From positions 5,694,166-5,758,165 of the forward strand of contig OZ316896.1 of assembly GCA_973895155.1 (NCBI GenBank): a DNA stretch of 64,000 nucleotides, written 5' to 3'. The position numbers and the translations under genes were made by a program. Position 1 is the first letter of the stretch, and every line of letters begins with the position of its first letter. Below, piece by piece: positions 58,271 through 64,000 of this stretch. The notes under the pieces are model-generated. The model did not search any database. It was not told the DNA's origin and saw only the letters and a program-made list of their open reading frames with translations. The DNA is from Marsupella aquatica. Taxonomy: Eukaryota > Plantae > Marchantiophyta.

Positions 58271-59365
58271 TCACACTTCGATCTTGATATCAGACCCATC
58301 TTCGAAGTAAGAGCCTTCTTGTAACCATTCCCCAGCAACATTGTCAGCCCAACATCTAGGAGCAACTCCCCATCTTGCATATATGGCCGCCTCAAGCCGC
58401 TCAAAGAACTTCGACTCACTCAGGATGGGATTCCAAAGGCCACTGACGATGCAATAATTAATGCTATAGGGAGCCTGGTGATGAGCTCCGTGCATTTTGC
58501 GAGAAATCAAAATCCCCCTGTCTTGCAAGAAATTCACTGCGGCAGGTAGCTGGCTTTTCTTGCTGTGTGCCCACGCATGAAATTGCTGGCTCATGACAAC
58601 AAGACCCAGAAATAAACCCAGGAAAGTATCGCCGGTCGAATTACTTGGAAGTAGGAGGAAAGGAAGGAGAAAGAACCCGACCGGCCGGGCAATGGCGTGG
58701 ATGTTGTTGGCAAATTTTCTCTTGGTAATCGTCCACGGTCGCTTATGATGGCCCTGGAATGCATCTATTTGCGAACCGAAGACCGGGGTCTTAGCATCAC
58801 CGTAATTGTCAATTCCCCAATGATAAATTCCAGTTCCCAGATCTGCAAGTATGTAAGCAGCTATGGCTCCCAAGCAAACACCTGCTTCGTCAGTAACACT
58901 GTTTGCAGCTAGCAACGCTTTCGCAACCATCCCTGCCGATGCTGAAGCGCCAAATCCTAACCAGAGTCTGTGCTCGAGAGTAGACTCGAGACTGCTATCC
59001 ACAAGTCCCATTTCTGGCTGTGTAGTGCCACGCAATGACGTTGTTCCTGCAGCTGACGTCGTTACCGCAGCTTCATGTTTGGTTCGACGTTTATCTACCA
59101 CTTGAGGCGCTGATTCCGCCAGGACTGCTCGAACTACGCAAGGCACTCCGCTCGAATCCTTTCTAAGAGTATTCAAACGGCAGCTTCTGGATGTTGAAAC
59201 CCCTACGAGATCGTACAACCTCCTGCTGCTCTTGTTGGATGATAATGCCAAGGTATTCTTTGAGCAGCTACCACTGTGAGAAAAATTGCATGAACCACGG
59301 AATTCTGGCTCAGCATTATCCACGGGACGTAGGAAGCAGCACCTTGCGCTGATGGCTGTCACCAT
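58271..59365 (-). CDS. FAD4: FAD4-type fatty acid desaturase (TMEM189/Kua B domain), intronless, 364 aa, with a putative plastid transit peptide
   Basis: Uninterrupted ORF with the His boxes ADLGTGIYHWGIDNYG, AFQGHHKRPW, QQFHAWAH and HGAHHQAPYSINYCIVSG. The N-terminus is Ser/Arg-rich. Confidence 0.95.
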   Translation of the reverse strand: MVTAISARCCFLRPVDNAEPEFRGSCNFSHSGSCSKNTLALSSNKSSRRLYDLVGVSTSRSCRLNTLRKDSSGVPCVVRAVLAESAPQVVDKRRTKHEAAVTTSAAGTTSLRGTTQPEMGLVDSSLESTLEHRLWLGFGASASAGMVAKALLAANSVTDEAGVCLGAIAAYILADLGTGIYHWGIDNYGDAKTPVFGSQIDAFQGHHKRPWTITKRKFANNIHAIARPVGFFLLPFLLLPSNSTGDTFLGLFLGLVVMSQQFHAWAHSKKSQLPAAVNFLQDRGILISRKMHGAHHQAPYSINYCIVSGLWNPILSESKFFERLEAAIYARWGVAPRCWADNVAGEWLQEGSYFEDGSDIKIEV

Positions 59366-61158
59366 GTTGATTCCCCCTCTGTCACCCTTCGTAATTTATC
59401 TTCGAGGTTTGACTGTTAATTTCTTCTCCTGCACGAGAATTCTGGAAATGTGAATCTCTTGGCCGCGTTTCCACTGACAGACACCTTCAAAATATGCTTG
59501 ACCAAATAATCACTCCGGATTTTCACTCCGATTCAGTGAAGGTCAACTGAGTGCTCACACAACAGCTATAACTAGAAGGAACCGGCCCCCTGGACAAGCT
59601 GAGCTCAACAAACAGATATCTCCCTCACACCTGGTACAATACACTGGCCCAAAAATTCTATTGGAACTACGACCCTCTGGAACATTTCCAGATTATTGGT
59701 CCTGTGACACAACTATGAATCGCAAGTTTACTGGCGTCCAGAAGACTACAGACACTAGTCATGCCATTGTGAGATGCCAGGCTGTGGAACACATTGGTGA
59801 ATTACCTCAGCTACCAACTCTACCACCACCTCTCCCCCACCGGCAACAAGACCGTTCGATTTGAGGTATGTGGTCTTACGACCAACTCCTTTGCACTCAA
59901 TCTTCAGCAGATTGAACGACAAAGTCAGTTGGCTCATGAACCAACAACGCAAGGTGTGTGTTGCAAGACTCGAATTCTCGAACGTGGTTCACAAATCCGA
60001 GTGATGAGTCGGCTGCCAAGTATCCGCCTCGCCCACACGCCCGACATCTGCAGGACGGGAAACAGTCACTTCGAACTGTCGCATTTGGAGGAGGCCACGA
60101 TCGACTAGTGCTCCCTAAATTCCTTCTCGGCCACAAGACTGCAGGTTCCAATTTTCAGCCGCACAACGTTCGACACGTGGTCGCTAATTCTTCTCACCTG
60201 GATTCATGATAATGCCGGATTGCCCGGTAGGATGCAAGACTCCTCGCTGACCGTGTAAAACCTCCTTCGTGGTTGCCAGAAAGACTGAGACATTCCCAAC
60301 GAGGCCGGATTCTCTTACGTACTGGACCTATGGACCGAACATCTTTCCAGGCATAAACTGTAGGTTAGATTCAGCCGAGTGGCGGTGTGGACGTGGTTCC
60401 ACCTTTACGTATTGGATAATTGAAAAATTGAAAAAGTAATGAATGTCGTGGCTGCTGGATTTCCGGTTCTGGATTTCATGCTGCGGAATTGGGCTGGTAT
60501 TGCCGTATTGCCTTTAACTTGAGGAAGGATCACAAACTCGACCGGGCGATTCACTTCACTACAGTATTGTAGAACCTCGAATTGGGTTTGTTCCTGAAGG
60601 CAACTGATGATGACGACAGGAGACGAGGGATACGAGGAGTGGACAGGAGTATGAGTGGCATGATAAGGCCTGGACCCACAGGAAATCACGTTATCGATTT
60701 GGGCCTTGAATTACAGTGGTATGAGTGGCATGATTAGTCCAAGACCACAGGAAATCAGTTATTGATTTGGGCCTTGAACTGAATTGATCGTCCGCCGCCG
60801 CTGGTTGATCTTAAGCCGAGGCTTTCATTGAGAAAATGAACTGAGGAGTGAAGTCAGCACAGTCTGCCAAATGCCAATCTTCCAAGCGATTGGTGGACCT
60901 GTCCCGAGACTGAGGAGACTGTCGCGTTTTGGATGGCCCACGTCTCGTACCTCCAAACCAATTGTTTGCCCGATGCTTTTGTCTTGCTTCTCTTCACCAA
61001 ACGGCGGTTGTGCTTTGCCATAAGTGCACTTTTTCATGCTCGGATCGTACGTACCAGTGTATATTCTAAGTGCGAATTTTCGCCAAATTTCACCTCCCCA
61101 AAAATGTTAGCCACTTTTGGCTAATATTGGTTGGATTTTTTTAACACCATTTGCCACT

Positions 61159-61460
61159 TTTTCACTAAATCATGAACCCCATTGCTAGAATCTAACCATA
61201 CTCCTTAAATCTAGGGATATCTGATGGTCATGATTAAATTCAGGAAAATCTGATAGAGAATAATCTTAAAATCTCCTCCCTTAGAGAAGCCGGCCACACT
61301 AGCTAATTTTCACCAAATCATGAACCCCATTGCTAGAATCTAACAGTACTCCTTAAATCTAGGGATATCTGATGGTCATGATTAAATTCAGGAAAATCTG
61401 ATAAAGAATAATCTTAAAATCTCCTCCCTTAGAGAAGCCAACATTGGCCACACTAGCTAA
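61159..61460. repeat. 148-bp tandem duplication
   Basis: CATGAACCCCATTGCTAGAATCTAAC...CTTAGAGAAGCC at 61171 and 61319. Confidence 0.9.
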
Positions 61461-62910
61461 AAATTAAAAACCTTACAAAATAAGCTGGTACATATAGCTA
61501 CAACAGTAAATCTTTATTCGAGTCAGTGGAAAGTGTGGTGTCTTGAGCAACTCGGTTGGGTCAGTTGGCCAAGGACATTAGAGTTGGCTCAGTTCATTTG
61601 GCCAGTGGGAATTGAGGCCTTCTTGCATGTGGTGGTCTTGAAAAAATAGAGTGACCCTTCGGATGGCATCGCACTCTACCAGTCTCTCCTGGTTTTTCTT
61701 TGCACTCTGTCAGCCAAAGTAAGTACTGTCTAAAACCATTCTACCTAGATCCCACAAAATGGAAGCAATTGACTCAGACCCAAGCCACTCCTTTGGGTCT
61801 ACATAGAAAGCCAAGTCAACAATGAAGTTTGAAACTAAGAGTATGAAGGCTCATGGTCTAAATAGACGGCTGGACTGAGCTAAGACTCAAACTCAGACCC
61901 AGACCACTCCTTCCAGTCTAGATTGACTCTTGGGCTAGATTGAGCCAACAAAAGAAGTCTTGATTTGAGAGTGCATGAAACTAAGTCAAACAACAGACTC
62001 TAAATCTGAGAGTGCAAATGGTCTTAGTTAATAAGACGGCCAGCTCAGACCAAGATCAGTCAACCAGGTTTTTAGATTGATTGTTGAACTCATTTCACTC
62101 ACCTATATACTAAAAAGAGCTCAGAGCCACAATACACTCTGAATGTCGTTCCCAACTCTTGCGTCTCTCAAACTTGTTGAATTTGGTTGTTAGTAGTTCT
62201 GTGTTTTTTCTTCTGAATTCTGCTTGTTTTTTAATTTTAGCTATGCACACATTTTTAAATGTGCTCTATTCAGTCTCAACTTCTTCCTTTTTTTCCCATT
62301 TCCCCAGCTTTTTTCCTTTTTTAATGTTTTCTCCTATGTCTCCCCTGGCCCTTCCTTTTTGCTCCTTCCCTCCCAGCTTCTCTCTCCCCTCTTCCTCCTT
62401 GTGGGCTTGTGCCTTCATCCTCTTGATTTTCCTGGGAGGAAAAACTGACCTTGGGTACTGGAAAATAATAAGTATCCTCTAGTGCAACACCTCCAGTCTG
62501 TACCATTGTTGCACACAGATTGTGGCACACCATCATGGCATACCCAACATACTGCAAGTACTGTGGTCCAAGCGTACCTTGGTCTACCCTCACGGAGGTG
62601 TTTTTGGCTCAATCTAACAGTTACCAAAAAAAATATTTTCATCGGGTGGCCAGGGTGTGGGGTTAAGCCGATTATTGCCAGGCAGGAAAGTCGGGATAGG
62701 GTACTATGACAATGTTTGATTGAAGCACTTGGCAGAACCAGTCGAGGAACCAGTATACTTCACTAGCCAGGTTTTGTGTCAAAAATGGATTGAGTTATAT
62801 ATTTAAGTTACAATGTTACCTACGATGAGTAAATACAAAGCTCAGTACCAAGGAATTGTGCGTAGAGTGAAGATTTCACTTTCCAAATACAAAACTCAGG
62901 GATACAGTGT

Positions 62911-63616
62911 TAGGGCTAGGTTCCATGGGGCTGGGAGTAAGGAGTACAGATGCTGTCAGAATTTTTAAGCCAATAAGATTGCAGCTTTTCCAAGGACTGA
63001 GGGGTGTACAAATACTGTATCAAGGAGTATGATTTTGCCTCACACTCCCTCCTAAAATTCAGGGGTACCCCTTGCCCTTGTATAAGAACAGTACAGGGCA
63101 TTCTCATTGGCTCCTGAGTCAAAATTTATACATTTAAAATACTGTATACACCTTGGCATACTGTGTATTTGGGCCCTAGGGGATGTCAAAGGGAGTGACC
63201 GTACTCCCTACCCCTGGCCCATGGAACTGTTGGGATATGATCTAGACCGAACGAGACAGCGTCAACACATGTGAACAACATCCAGAAACTCCGACACTGA
63301 AAGTACGTGGTTCACCCCGTCTGGGTTACGTCCACAGCCATGAGAGAAATCCAGTATACACACCCCCGTACACACCGATTACATCCGCCATAGCCAACGT
63401 GCTAGAGCTCATCCTCTCACTCACTCACTATGTCTCTTGAAGAGTGAACCTTCAAATGTGAGCACAAGTTTGTGTTCCCCTTGGGTATACCCCCTCCCAT
63501 GGTTTATGGGAACCTGGAACTCAAACTAGTGTTATCCTAGTATAGTGAAGTCTAGCTAGTACTATGGAAGTATATAGGTTATACTAGAGACATAACCTAA
63601 CAGGAACCTGGCCCTT
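62911..63616. mobile_element. hAT-like non-autonomous DNA transposon (MITE) whose right TIR is split by a solo LTR
   Basis: The left end is TAGGGCTAGGTTCCATGGGGCTGGGAGTAAGGAGTAC. After removing the LTR and one TSD copy, the right end reads GTACTCCCTACCCCTGGCCCATGGAACCTGGCCCTT, an imperfect inverted repeat of about 35 bp. The flanking 8-mers TACAGTGT and TATGGTGT match at 6/8. Confidence 0.7.
63228..63602 (-). mobile_element. Solo LTR (375 bp) with a 5-bp TSD
   Basis: Termini are TGTTGGG...CCTAACA, and GGAAC is duplicated at 63223-63227 and 63603-63607. There is no adjacent PBS or PPT. It shares ACGTGGTTCACC...TACGTCCAC with the minus-strand LTR at 330-692. Confidence 0.88.
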
Positions 63617-64000
63617 TATGGTGTGGTTTGTGTCTTGAGAGGTCTTTTCTTTTCTTATCTCATGGAGATTTAAGGGTGGTATGAGCCTGACGCCCCCACT
63701 CCCAGTGGCAAGAGACAAGTTCAATGGCAGGAAACTGGGTCTGCCACAGAACCCACTCACTACTATTTCATTCATGGCCACTCAGTTTGGTAATGAATTT
63801 GTATTTTGATATATTTATGTGCGTTTAAAAACAAACAAACTGGAGTACCCTCCCTTGCATCTAGTAATCTTCATCATTAATTGGTAGTTTTTTTGGCAAC
63901 GTGTACAATGAGAGGATTAGTTTTATATCAAAATTTATCTATCCTTGCTGTATTAAAGTGGGTCCTACCATCTGTTCTCTGTGCTTATATGTAATGTCCT

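Noticed and set aside
62159-62482. Phe/Leu/Ser-rich ORF resembling a membrane protein
   Set aside because: Explained by a pyrimidine-rich low-complexity tract, with no domain.

Overview
Eukaryotic nuclear DNA from a land plant. This rests on GT/GC-AG introns, a canonical plant cytosolic tRNA-Phe, plant-type ABCG/PDR and FAD4 genes and Ty1/copia elements; a non-seed plant such as a bryophyte or lycophyte is my inference only. Four apparently intact protein genes could be reconstructed by hand: a DUF2828/vWA protein (+, 3 exons), a Haspin kinase (-, 14 exons), a PRUNE/PPX1-like DHH-DHHA2 phosphoesterase with a ~800-aa repeat-rich N-terminal extension (-, 5' end unresolved) and an intronless FAD4 desaturase (-). 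A decayed FAD4 duplicate is joined head-to-head, through a short hairpin filler, to a 5'-truncated ABCG/PDR pseudogene with several lesions. The window also has tRNA-Phe(GAA) with a tandem degenerate copy carrying a GGA anticodon. Mobile DNA includes a recent full-length copia element (294-bp LTRs, ACTCG TSD, two nonsense mutations), the 5' end of a second LTR element, a solo LTR nested in the TIR of a hAT-like MITE and another MITE. Several minisatellites are present, one built from two alternating hairpin-forming unit types. No prokaryotic-type system (CRISPR, operon) is present. The novel-system candidates below are hypotheses, and no database searches were run.
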